From a virus: 59,816 nt of DNA. The notes beneath the pieces are model-generated. The model was not told the origin of the DNA, did no database searches, and saw nothing but the letters and a program-made list of their open reading frames with translations. How positions within the stretch are numbered: position 1 is the first letter of the stretch; the number at the start of each line of letters is the position of its first letter. The position numbers were made by a program, and so were the translations under genes. Location: IMG/VR virus record IMGVR_UViG_3300002140_000076. One strand, 5' to 3'. Shown here piece after piece: positions 1 to 7,464 of the stretch.

Positions 1-70
1 TTTCGAGGGTGGGGGTACTGTTTTAAACTTTTTTGCTGGACTTTTTGGCGTTTATTCTAGCTATTATATC

Positions 71-84
71 CTATGCATGCATAG
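71..84. repeat. 14-bp perfect palindrome CTATGCATGCATAG, copy 1. It heads a roughly 40-bp direct repeat.
   Basis: Self-complementary 14-mer. It is followed by tattattgctatgcactgcataaca, which resembles the sequence after copy 2. The same site occurs at 59635..59648 in the right repeat. Confidence 0.9.
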
Positions 85-183
85 TATTATTGCTATGCAC
101 TGCATAACATCCTCGTCCGTTTATCGTGGTCGGCTCCCCTCGTTCCTTCGCTCATTTCCCCGCCCCCACATCGCAGCTATTTA

Positions 184-197
184 CTATGCATGCATAG
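184..197. repeat. 14-bp perfect palindrome CTATGCATGCATAG, copy 2
   Basis: Same 14-mer 113 bp downstream of copy 1, followed by tattaatcttattcactgcacaaca. Also present at 59748..59761. Confidence 0.9.
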
Positions 198-393
198 TAT
201 TAATCTTATTCACTGCACAACAAAAGCATCTACCATGGTAACTAATTATGCGCTCCAGGTAAACATAAAACGAAATGAAAAAGACTTGAAGAGATGCTCT
301 AATCCCTCCGCCTAATTAATCAAGCCTAAATATTCCGTATACTTATCGAGCCCAATGATAGCAACGGATACAGAGAGAATACAGAGATTCTGA

Positions 394-499
394 AATGTTA
401 AAGAATGTTAAAAGAATTACACCGATGGTGCACAATCCAAACACTATGCCTATCATTGTCCTGTCGCTAAGGGAAACACCCGACAGCAAAAATGTTAAA
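394..499 (+). promoter_or_regulatory. Three copies of AATGTTAAA in the leader before the first plus-strand ORF (394-402, 404-412, 491-499)
   Basis: Exact 9-mer seen three times. A hairpin, ctgtcg...cgacag, lies between the second and third copies. Confidence 0.35.
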
Positions 500-510
500 A
501 ATTTAACAAC

Positions 511-726
511 ATGAATAACTTAAAAGAAATAACAACACACAAAGCGGTACGTAACGGGAACATGATTGATATAATCGAAAAAGGTTTTGAAATCGAAGAC
601 TTGAAATTTACAGACGAGGTTCTATATTCTATATCATATGAAAGAAAGGATGACTTATTATATATATTCGATAACCTAACAGAAACGAACAGAATCCTAC
701 TAGCGGAGGCGAATGGGGAGTATTAA
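511..726 (+). CDS. Hypothetical early protein (71 aa)
   Basis: First ORF after the terminal-repeat leader, co-oriented with the following tiled ORFs. No motif recognised. Confidence 0.55.
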   Translation: MNNLKEITTHKAVRNGNMIDIIEKGFEIEDLKFTDEVLYSISYERKDDLLYIFDNLTETNRILLAEANGEY

Positions 727-795
727 ACAAGCTTAACTGACGAGTCCTAATGGACGAAACGCTGTGAAGCGTCTTAAGCAATTAAAAAAAACAAG

Positions 796-1368
796 ATGAA
801 AAAATTGACAATAAAACAACAAGCGAATAGAATCCAAAAGATATTGGATTTGGCTACAAAAACAGAAATTGAAAACGGAAAAAAATGGTACCTTGATGCG
901 TATAATTTTGCGCTTGAGGTTTCTATAGACTACGGTTTGACAGTGTCTCAAGTGTCCCAATTGATAAGCTTACTTTCACCTCAAAAAAAGTGGGAGCAAA
1001 ACAAATCAGACGTTGTCAATTTTTTAAACGGTGACACGGGGAGTATATTCTCAACCAAAAAAACACTATCTGAATGTGTAGCTGTTGTTGACCAAGGTTT
1101 CACAATACCACAAAACAGAATGAAAACTTTTGCATTCGCAAAATGCATTGAGGAAGCAAAGGACAACACTACAGACCCCGTTGTTATTGACAGACACGCA
1201 ATAAAAATAGCTTATGGACAAATGAATGCGAAGCCAATAATTATAACCGACTTAAGATATAGAGAATCTGAATTGGCTTATAGAATGGTAGCAAAAGAAA
1301 ACAAGTTAAGAGCGCACGAAGTACAAGCTATAACGTGGGTAGCTTACAAGAGAATAGTAAATAGATAA
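796..1368 (+). CDS. Hypothetical early protein (190 aa)
   Basis: Long ORF in the plus-strand tiling with an A-rich leader. No motif recognised with certainty. Confidence 0.65.
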   Translation: MKKLTIKQQANRIQKILDLATKTEIENGKKWYLDAYNFALEVSIDYGLTVSQVSQLISLLSPQKKWEQNKSDVVNFLNGDTGSIFSTKKTLSECVAVVDQGFTIPQNRMKTFAFAKCIEEAKDNTTDPVVIDRHAIKIAYGQMNAKPIIITDLRYRESELAYRMVAKENKLRAHEVQAITWVAYKRIVNR

Positions 1369-1387
1369 AACAAAACAAATAGAAAAA

Positions 1388-1732
1388 ATGAGAAAGTTAA
1401 CAGTAAACATTGGAATGAAGAACAATAGCAAAGGTACATTCAAAGAATTAACGAAGTACGTTGAGAATTTAAAAGAATACAAAGCAATTGAAGTATTGGT
1501 AACAGTAATGACGTACGAAGGTGAGGACGAATTGACAATGATAGCAACATTCGAGCATGGCTATAGTCGTGATTCAAAGGTATTAAGCGATTGGGAAAAT
1601 ATAGCTTCTGTATTGACTCAAGATTGTATTGCACTAAGCTCCGACACAATGGATGCGCTCGCATTCAGTCCTAATTTTAAGGAAAAGAAATTCAAATTTG
1701 ATAGTAATTTATTCGCAAACGGAAACATTTAG
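1388..1732 (+). CDS. Hypothetical early protein (114 aa)
   Basis: Tiled ORF preceded by aaatagaaaaaATG. Confidence 0.6.
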   Translation: MRKLTVNIGMKNNSKGTFKELTKYVENLKEYKAIEVLVTVMTYEGEDELTMIATFEHGYSRDSKVLSDWENIASVLTQDCIALSSDTMDALAFSPNFKEKKFKFDSNLFANGNI

Positions 1733-1737
1733 AAAAC

Positions 1738-1983
1738 ATGAAAAAATTCGAAAAGTTAATGGAAGAATACTTCACGATCAAGGATGATTTGTTGGAGTGG
1801 ACAGAATGCCACCACGATAGTATGCTGTATGATATTGATGGCTACTACGAAACGATGGATGAAGCGGTTGAGGATGGAGATGAAGAATATATTGAAAAAA
1901 TAACTGACCAATTAGAGGCTCAAGTGATAGCATTTAGAATTATCTTAAAGGGTTTGTCGATGGTTAATTATTATTACGCATAA
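1738..1983 (+). CDS. Small, strongly acidic early protein (81 aa)
   Basis: Starts 5 nt after the previous stop. Rich in D/E, for example DEAVEDGDEEYIEKITDQLE. Confidence 0.6.
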   Translation: MKKFEKLMEEYFTIKDDLLEWTECHHDSMLYDIDGYYETMDEAVEDGDEEYIEKITDQLEAQVIAFRIILKGLSMVNYYYA

Positions 1984-2039
1984 CAAAAACAATGGGGTGA
2001 AAGTCCCCTATTTAATAAACAAATTAAAAAACAAATATT

Positions 2040-2324
2040 ATGGGAAGACAAGTAGTAATATCCAATCGTAGTGTGTACCATAAGTACGCAGAAGTAACAA
2101 TAGAAATACCCGATGATATCAAAGATGATGATATCTCACAATGGTTATTCGATAATGAATTAGAATACACCGATACCTTGGATACAAGGTTAAGTGAAGC
2201 TGAATATAATTTCGGTCTTGGGATTGGTGGCGGTATGGATGAAACTGAATCCGAATCAGAAACAAGATACGATGTGGTTGATGAAGGAGTTAAAGGTAAA
2301 TTCACATTTGGAGGACATTTATAA
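2040..2324 (+). CDS. Small, strongly acidic early protein (94 aa)
   Basis: Tiled ORF with D/E-rich runs such as IPDDIKDDDISQW and DETESESETRYDVVDE. Confidence 0.6.
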   Translation: MGRQVVISNRSVYHKYAEVTIEIPDDIKDDDISQWLFDNELEYTDTLDTRLSEAEYNFGLGIGGGMDETESESETRYDVVDEGVKGKFTFGGHL

Positions 2325-2357
2325 ATCAATTTAAAAACAAATAAAAAAATAGAAATT

Positions 2358-2684
2358 ATGACAAATTTTAAAAATATAACAACGAGAGAAAAACTATCAT
2401 CTAGAGGTGGTGGGGTTGAGATTGACTTAACAAGTTTAGGTTTCAAAAACCACAAGATGAGCGCATACCAAAACTACTTAGGCGGTGGAATGCTGGGTAG
2501 CATTCAGTCGAATGACACGATACGTTCACAAGAGTCCAATGTAAGGCTTCAGCTTGAATTTAGCAATAGATTTAAGGAGCTGGACGAGATAGCAGAGGAG
2601 CTTGAGCTTTACTTCGCAGAGCGAATGGGTTTTGATCAAAATGGAATAGATGAGTTACAAGGAAGACCAAGTAGTGCGTACTAA
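2358..2684 (+). CDS. Hypothetical early protein (108 aa)
   Basis: Tiled ORF preceded by aaatagaaattATG. Confidence 0.6.
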   Translation: MTNFKNITTREKLSSRGGGVEIDLTSLGFKNHKMSAYQNYLGGGMLGSIQSNDTIRSQESNVRLQLEFSNRFKELDEIAEELELYFAERMGFDQNGIDELQGRPSSAY

Positions 2685-2758
2685 AATGAAATACTTAAAG
2701 GCAAAGCTTTACCAAGGCGGTGAAAAATTATATAACATAATCAGACAATTTTATTAAC

Positions 2759-2920
2759 ATGAAGAATTTTAAATTGATATACGAAGACTACGAGGGTAAT
2801 GAATTAGACTCAAAAAAATACGACTTTGAGGACTCCTTGGAGGCGCAAATATTCGCAAACAAATTGTTTGCCAATAGCAACATGAATGATTTAGCAATTA
2901 TAAAGGTAATAGAATACTAA
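2759..2920 (+). CDS. Small hypothetical protein (53 aa, below the ORF-track cutoff)
   Basis: Hand translation gives MKNFKLIYEDYEGNELDSKKYDFEDSLEAQIFANKLFANSNMNDLAIIKVIEY*. It fills an otherwise empty gap in the tiling. Confidence 0.4.
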   Translation: MKNFKLIYEDYEGNELDSKKYDFEDSLEAQIFANKLFANSNMNDLAIIKVIEY

Positions 2921-2933
2921 AAAAATAGAAAAC

Positions 2934-3164
2934 ATGAAAAGAATCGAAAAAATATATGCGACAATAATGTTTGTCATAGTGGGTTCGTTGGTGGTCGTAA
3001 ACTCAACCTCATGCAGTCAGAATACAAGCCTAGGCAACGCCTATTGGTCAGACTCGATAGATAACCCAATGAATGCTGAGTTTGTTAATGAGGTAGCGTT
3101 TAACGAGGGAATTGAATTTTACGAGGTAACGCAAAAAATGTTTAACAAGAGATATAAAAAGTAG
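2934..3164 (+). CDS. Putative small secreted lipoprotein (76 aa)
   Basis: N-terminus KRIEKIYATIMFVIVGSLVVVNSTSC has a charged start, a hydrophobic core and a Cys, as in a lipoprotein signal. Confidence 0.5.
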   Translation: MKRIEKIYATIMFVIVGSLVVVNSTSCSQNTSLGNAYWSDSIDNPMNAEFVNEVAFNEGIEFYEVTQKMFNKRYKK

Positions 3165-3169
3165 AAATT

Positions 3170-3388
3170 ATGACAAGTTTTGTAAAAAATGAAAAGTTAA
3201 GACTTATTGGTAACTTATTAAGGTCAAAGTTCAATGGTGCAAAGGCATCTGATATGTACCTTATATATTGGAACGACTACTTGACGATTGATAAGATGGC
3301 TGAAGACTACGGTGTTAACCCAGTGCAGTTGGAAGTAATTATTAACGAAGGAAGAAAACAATTTAATCAAAAAAAAGGAAGATTATGA
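3170..3388 (+). CDS. Small putative HTH protein (72 aa), sigma-70 region-4-like
   Basis: Segment YLTIDKMAEDYGVNPVQLEVIINEGRKQF has a helix-turn-helix pattern. The functional call is tentative. Confidence 0.4.
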   Translation: MTSFVKNEKLRLIGNLLRSKFNGAKASDMYLIYWNDYLTIDKMAEDYGVNPVQLEVIINEGRKQFNQKKGRL

Positions 3389-3660
3389 AGATGAATTTAA
3401 AAGATGTGGAATGGACGCTGATAAGTGAGATATTTCCGAATGGTGTACATATGCCGAATGCTGATGATACTGTACAGAGAATTAACAGTGAGTCAAATTT
3501 CGACCACTACAAAAAAAATATCATTAATCGATTTGGCGATTCTGATGTTATCATAGATAAAGACGCAGAGGTTTATAACAATTTCAAGATCGTAAACGCT
3601 GAGTTTGAAAGAGTTTCAAACATATTCATGGATTCAAAAAGAAGATATTATAATATATAA
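3385..3660 (+). CDS. Hypothetical early protein (91 aa)
   Basis: ATGA overlap with the preceding ORF, in the tiling. Confidence 0.55.
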   Translation: MKMNLKDVEWTLISEIFPNGVHMPNADDTVQRINSESNFDHYKKNIINRFGDSDVIIDKDAEVYNNFKIVNAEFERVSNIFMDSKRRYYNI

Positions 3661-3664
3661 CAAG

Positions 3665-3910
3665 ATGATAGTTTTATGTATCAACGACAACAGACTGCCT
3701 CCTGGTGCAAACGTCCAAGAGGGCAAAGAGTACGAGGTAATGGACCAATACAAGAACATGCTCGACCAAGTGGTCTATGTTATTAAGGGCGTTAATAACC
3801 AAGGTAGAACGAAGTTAGGCATGGAATGGAGAGGCTACAGAGCAGAACGATTCGTGCCGATCCAGACTGAAAAAATATTTAAACAAGAAAGTGAGTTTTT
3901 ATACAATTAA
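3665..3910 (+). CDS. Hypothetical early protein (81 aa). Start moved to the internal ATG.
   Basis: The ORF-track start at 3605 overlaps the previous gene by 56 nt. The ATG at 3665 (MIVLCINDN...) lies just after the previous stop. Confidence 0.5.
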   Translation: MIVLCINDNRLPPGANVQEGKEYEVMDQYKNMLDQVVYVIKGVNNQGRTKLGMEWRGYRAERFVPIQTEKIFKQESEFLYN

Positions 3911-3939
3911 AACACTATATTTACACAAAATCAAATCAA

Positions 3940-4122
3940 ATGAGCAAATTATTTTTACTTGGAAGGGTAGCAGGTCTACCTAAAACAGAGATTAAAGTCA
4001 CCACAGAATACATTGGAGATGGTAGCCATCCAAAATGGATGGGCAATAGTATCAAGGACTACAATATATTCACAAACTTCAACTACAAATTGTACGAGAA
4101 TATTAAAAAAAACAGAAATTAA
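3940..4122 (+). CDS. Hypothetical early protein (60 aa)
   Basis: Tiled ORF preceded by aaatcaaatcaaATG. Confidence 0.5.
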   Translation: MSKLFLLGRVAGLPKTEIKVTTEYIGDGSHPKWMGNSIKDYNIFTNFNYKLYENIKKNRN

Positions 4123-4137
4123 ATAAAGATAAATAGT

Positions 4138-4377
4138 ATGGAAAAAATAAAAGTATATTGGACAATGATAAACGGCAATAGCATTGATGTTGACGATATG
4201 GATATTCAGCATCTGAGAAATACATTGAAGATGATAATCGAAAATAAGGCAAGGGTTAATGTATCGAAGCAAAATTTTGAAATACATGGAGAGATAGCGC
4301 AAGATATGATTGATCAAGGATACCTTCAAGACCAAGAAGATTGGGATCCAAGGGATGACTTTAATTTTTTAAAATAA
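4138..4377 (+). CDS. Hypothetical early protein (79 aa)
   Basis: Tiled ORF. Confidence 0.55.
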   Translation: MEKIKVYWTMINGNSIDVDDMDIQHLRNTLKMIIENKARVNVSKQNFEIHGEIAQDMIDQGYLQDQEDWDPRDDFNFLK

Positions 4378-4388
4378 TAAATTATGAT

Positions 4389-4658
4389 ATGGACAACAGA
4401 CTCATCATTACCAAATCTGACAATTTCTTACTCATTGATGTCACAGACATCGCAGAAAAACTTATCGATTCAGATGAGTTATTCATATGGGATGGCGAAC
4501 ACAAGTCTCTCGTGGAGTACGTCTTCGACATCAGAAAAGCAATCAGAGAAGGTAATAAAATAGTATTGGCTGGAGGACATCTGCCAAAGAAAAAATTCTC
4601 AGAATCAGAGAAAGTATTAATCGATGGTTATTGGTACGTAAAGTACTCAGACCTTTAA
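4389..4658 (+). CDS. Hypothetical early protein (89 aa)
   Basis: Tiled ORF. Confidence 0.55.
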   Translation: MDNRLIITKSDNFLLIDVTDIAEKLIDSDELFIWDGEHKSLVEYVFDIRKAIREGNKIVLAGGHLPKKKFSESEKVLIDGYWYVKYSDL

Positions 4659-4669
4659 AAACAAATAAC

Positions 4670-4834
4670 ATGGGAAAATCAAAACAAATTTTTATAGAAA
4701 TCAGACAAGAAGATAGCCAAGCATTAGAGCTTGAGTTTGAATCAAGAATTAAAAATCGAAGACCTAAACAGTCAAGCACATCAACAATTATTTTAAAAAA
4801 TTTATTTAAAAACTTTAATCCAAAGAAAATATGA
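4670..4834 (+). CDS. Small hypothetical protein (54 aa). Start moved to the internal ATG.
   Basis: The ATG at 4670 (MGKSKQIF...) follows the previous stop. It has an ATGA overlap with the next ORF. Confidence 0.4.
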   Translation: MGKSKQIFIEIRQEDSQALELEFESRIKNRRPKQSSTSTIILKNLFKNFNPKKI

Positions 4835-5127
4835 AAGAGGAAATCTTTAATCAGTACGTATACGCAGTGTGCAAGGAAATGAAAGTAGACAACGTAGACT
4901 TTTTTGCAAAAACAAAGAAGCCAGATGTTGTAAAGGCGAGACATTTATTGTACTACCTATGCTTCAATAGACCAATGAGAACATATGAGATCCAAAAATT
5001 TATGAGTAACAATTATTACGAAACTGACCACTCAACTATAATCAGAGGGATAGATCGTATGAGCGAGGTCTTGAAAAAAGACAAAGACTACTCCAATCTT
5101 ATAAAAAAAATAAAAAAATATGTATAG
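4831..5127 (+). CDS. DnaA C-terminal (domain IV)-like HTH protein (98 aa)
   Basis: VVKARHLLYYLCFNRPMRTYEIQKFMSNNYYETDHSTIIRGIDRM resembles the DnaA DNA-binding domain pattern (...R..amYL...t..s...IG......dHsTV.ha...i). Confidence 0.5.
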   Translation: MKEEIFNQYVYAVCKEMKVDNVDFFAKTKKPDVVKARHLLYYLCFNRPMRTYEIQKFMSNNYYETDHSTIIRGIDRMSEVLKKDKDYSNLIKKIKKYV

Positions 5128-5533
5128 TTTAGAGGAAATATTTTTGATAGCATCAAATGATAGATACGCAAGTAAGATGGACTCAAGTTCATACGAATCT
5201 TCAATGCTGTATGGTATTAAGATAGTAAAGGATGAAACAACATCTGAGATACAGATATTCAGTACGTATGGAGACCACTACAAGGAGATTGACAAAGAAA
5301 GTTATGAAATATTTTTAAATAATGGTTGGAGATATGGAGTATATGTGTTATCTTTGGTGAACTATTGTGCAAATATAGACAGACTAGGTCAGTTGTTATC
5401 TTATCAGCTAAGTTTGGGTACAAAGATGAGCAAGAAGTCGATAATGTCCATCATGGAGGATAGAGACTACTTAATGGAGAAGAAAATGGAGGTAACAATT
5501 AAGTTTAACAATTTAAAATCAAATCAAAAATGA
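5120..5533 (+). CDS. Hypothetical early protein (137 aa)
   Basis: Tiled ORF overlapping both neighbours by a few nt. Confidence 0.55.
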   Translation: MYSLEEIFLIASNDRYASKMDSSSYESSMLYGIKIVKDETTSEIQIFSTYGDHYKEIDKESYEIFLNNGWRYGVYVLSLVNYCANIDRLGQLLSYQLSLGTKMSKKSIMSIMEDRDYLMEKKMEVTIKFNNLKSNQK

Positions 5534-5976
5534 AAAATTTATTAGTAGTAGTAGGATTAGCATTAAGCTATACAGCAAATGCACAATGGGTAACAAGAAC
5601 AGTAAACAATGATTTTGATGACCCTTACAGAATTGCATATACTCAAAGAGATGATATGCTTCTTAAGTTAGAGAATGTAGAGGGTAAAGTATGGGTATAC
5701 GTAAGTAATGGATATACGTGTGATGATGATTTAACAGTAGACATATCTTTCATAGTTAATGGAGTAGCCAAAAAGTACGCCTTCAGTGCGTTCACATCTA
5801 CTAACAGAGAGAGTGTATTCTTTATAAATGATCTGGCAAGTCAAAACTGTTTAGTTGACTTCAAAGAGTGTACCTCTGTAAAAATCAGAATAAATGATAC
5901 TACGTGTGGCTCTGAAATTTATCAGTTTAATATGTCTGGTAGTACATCAGCATTAAAGTTTATAATTAATGAGTAA
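5530..5976 (+). CDS. Putative secreted protein with a cleavable signal peptide (148 aa)
   Basis: N-terminus MKNLLVVVGLALSYTANAQ-W is a classic Sec signal with an A-x-A-type cleavage site. Confidence 0.6.
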   Translation: MKNLLVVVGLALSYTANAQWVTRTVNNDFDDPYRIAYTQRDDMLLKLENVEGKVWVYVSNGYTCDDDLTVDISFIVNGVAKKYAFSAFTSTNRESVFFINDLASQNCLVDFKECTSVKIRINDTTCGSEIYQFNMSGSTSALKFIINE

Positions 5977-6001
5977 AATAACAATTTAAAATCAAATCAA
6001 A

Positions 6002-6646
6002 ATGAGTAACGAAAAACAATTAACAACATTTGAGAAGCTATCAGCAATCAATGTTAACGACAGAGTAGAGAAGAAGAACGGACTAACATACCTCTCATGG
6101 GCATGGGCATGGTCAGAGGTGAAGAAGTCTTGTCCTGATGCCGTGTACTATATCAATGATACTGAGTACGATGATGACCTTGGATTTATGTGCCATACTC
6201 AAGTATGCATCGGTGGTGAGACATTAGAGATGTGGCTTCCAGTGATGGATGGGGCGAACAAGTCAATGAAGAAAAGAGCGTACAAGTACACGACTCGTTA
6301 TGGGGAGAAGTCAGTTGAGGGTGCAACCACTTTTGATATCAACAAAACTATCATGAGGTGTCTTGTTAAGAATCTTGCAATGTTTGGTTTAGGCATCTAC
6401 ATCTATGCAGGTGAAGATTTGCCAGAGGGCGAAGAGGCGGTTCAGACTGTGGCTAAAGAGATACAGAAAAAACCAGCTGGAAAGCTTACCCTAAAGCCAG
6501 GTGATGAGAATTGGGCAAAGGCATCTAAGTACGTTACCGAGAACAAAGCGGTAGGAGAGGAGCAATTAATTAATACGCTATCCTCCAAGTATTCAATCTC
6601 AGCTAAGTCAAAAGAAGAATTAATAAAACTAATTACTACGAAATGA
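6002..6646 (+). CDS. Rad52-like single-strand annealing protein (Sak / DUF1071 type)
   Basis: GLTYLSWAWAWSEVKKSCPDAVYY and EMWLPVMDGANKSM match my recollection of the Sak/DUF1071 signature. It is translationally coupled to a nuclease gene. Confidence 0.7.
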   Translation: MSNEKQLTTFEKLSAINVNDRVEKKNGLTYLSWAWAWSEVKKSCPDAVYYINDTEYDDDLGFMCHTQVCIGGETLEMWLPVMDGANKSMKKRAYKYTTRYGEKSVEGATTFDINKTIMRCLVKNLAMFGLGIYIYAGEDLPEGEEAVQTVAKEIQKKPAGKLTLKPGDENWAKASKYVTENKAVGEEQLINTLSSKYSISAKSKEELIKLITTK

Positions 6647-7377
6647 GCAAGGAAATAATAGAAAAGCTTCGCAATGACGAAGATTATTACGGAAAATTTG
6701 GTAAGCAGTTTTTATCTAATTCAGACATCGGATCATTATTAGGTAACCCACTTGACTTTGGAAAGCAAGAAGATGATAATGTAAACTACGCAAAGGGAAG
6801 ATACTTTCATCAATTAATATTAGAGCCTGAGAAGGCGATGGAGACGATATTTGTTGATGCGTCTACCCGTACTACTAAAATATATAAAGAAGCGGTTGAG
6901 GAGCTTAATTTAGGCTTCATTCTTTTAAGCAAAGAGGGCGAGGAGATTAGAGGTTGCGTTGACAACATGATTCAAAACTTTGAGTTCTTTGAGGGTATAC
7001 GTGAGGATGGCAATCAGTACGAGGTTCCAGCTATCAAGGAGATAAAAGGAAAGATGTGGAAGGGTAAGGCTGATATCGTTTGCAAGGATAAGCTTATTGA
7101 CCTTAAGACAACGAGCAACATCAACGACTTCAAATGGTCGGCAAGGAAGTACAACTATGATAGCCAATGCTACATCTACCAAGAACTCTTCGGTAAGCCA
7201 TTAGTATTCTACGTGGTAGACAAAACAGATGGTAGGTTAGGTATCTTTAGACCAACTGAAGAATTCATCAAGAGAGGTGAGGATAAAGTTGAGAGAGCAA
7301 TTGATGTATACGAAAAATTCTTTGGAGAAAATGCCACAGAAAAAATCGAAACATACTTCATTAACGAATATTTATAA
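6643..7377 (+). CDS. PD-(D/E)XK recombination exonuclease (YqaJ/RecB-like)
   Basis: GKADIVCKDKLIDLKTTSN fits the D...(D/E)xK nuclease core. It has an ATGA overlap with the annealing-protein gene, the classic exo plus SSAP pairing. Confidence 0.65.
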   Translation: MSKEIIEKLRNDEDYYGKFGKQFLSNSDIGSLLGNPLDFGKQEDDNVNYAKGRYFHQLILEPEKAMETIFVDASTRTTKIYKEAVEELNLGFILLSKEGEEIRGCVDNMIQNFEFFEGIREDGNQYEVPAIKEIKGKMWKGKADIVCKDKLIDLKTTSNINDFKWSARKYNYDSQCYIYQELFGKPLVFYVVDKTDGRLGIFRPTEEFIKRGEDKVERAIDVYEKFFGENATEKIETYFINEYL

Positions 7378-7464
7378 TACTTTTACATAGTTATCTCAGT
7401 TTAAGTTTCGGGGCTGGGTTAACTATTATTAATTCCGAAGCATAAATCAAATAAATATTTTATT

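Larger units (their letters stand above)
1..252. repeat. Left copy of an exact 252-bp direct terminal repeat (identical to 59565..59816)
   Basis: Bases 1-252 (tttcgagggtggggg...ctaattatgcg) recur verbatim as the last 252 bases of the window. Confidence 0.95.

Noticed and set aside
733-1169. Minus-strand ORFs 733..960 and 981..1169, and similar antisense ORFs in the early arm (1440..1664, 2024..2455, 3976..4335, 4543..4944, 6925..7182, 7951..8289)
   Set aside because: Each overlaps better-supported plus-strand genes that tile without gaps. The translations are hydrophobic and low-complexity, as expected for antisense frames of AT-rich genes.
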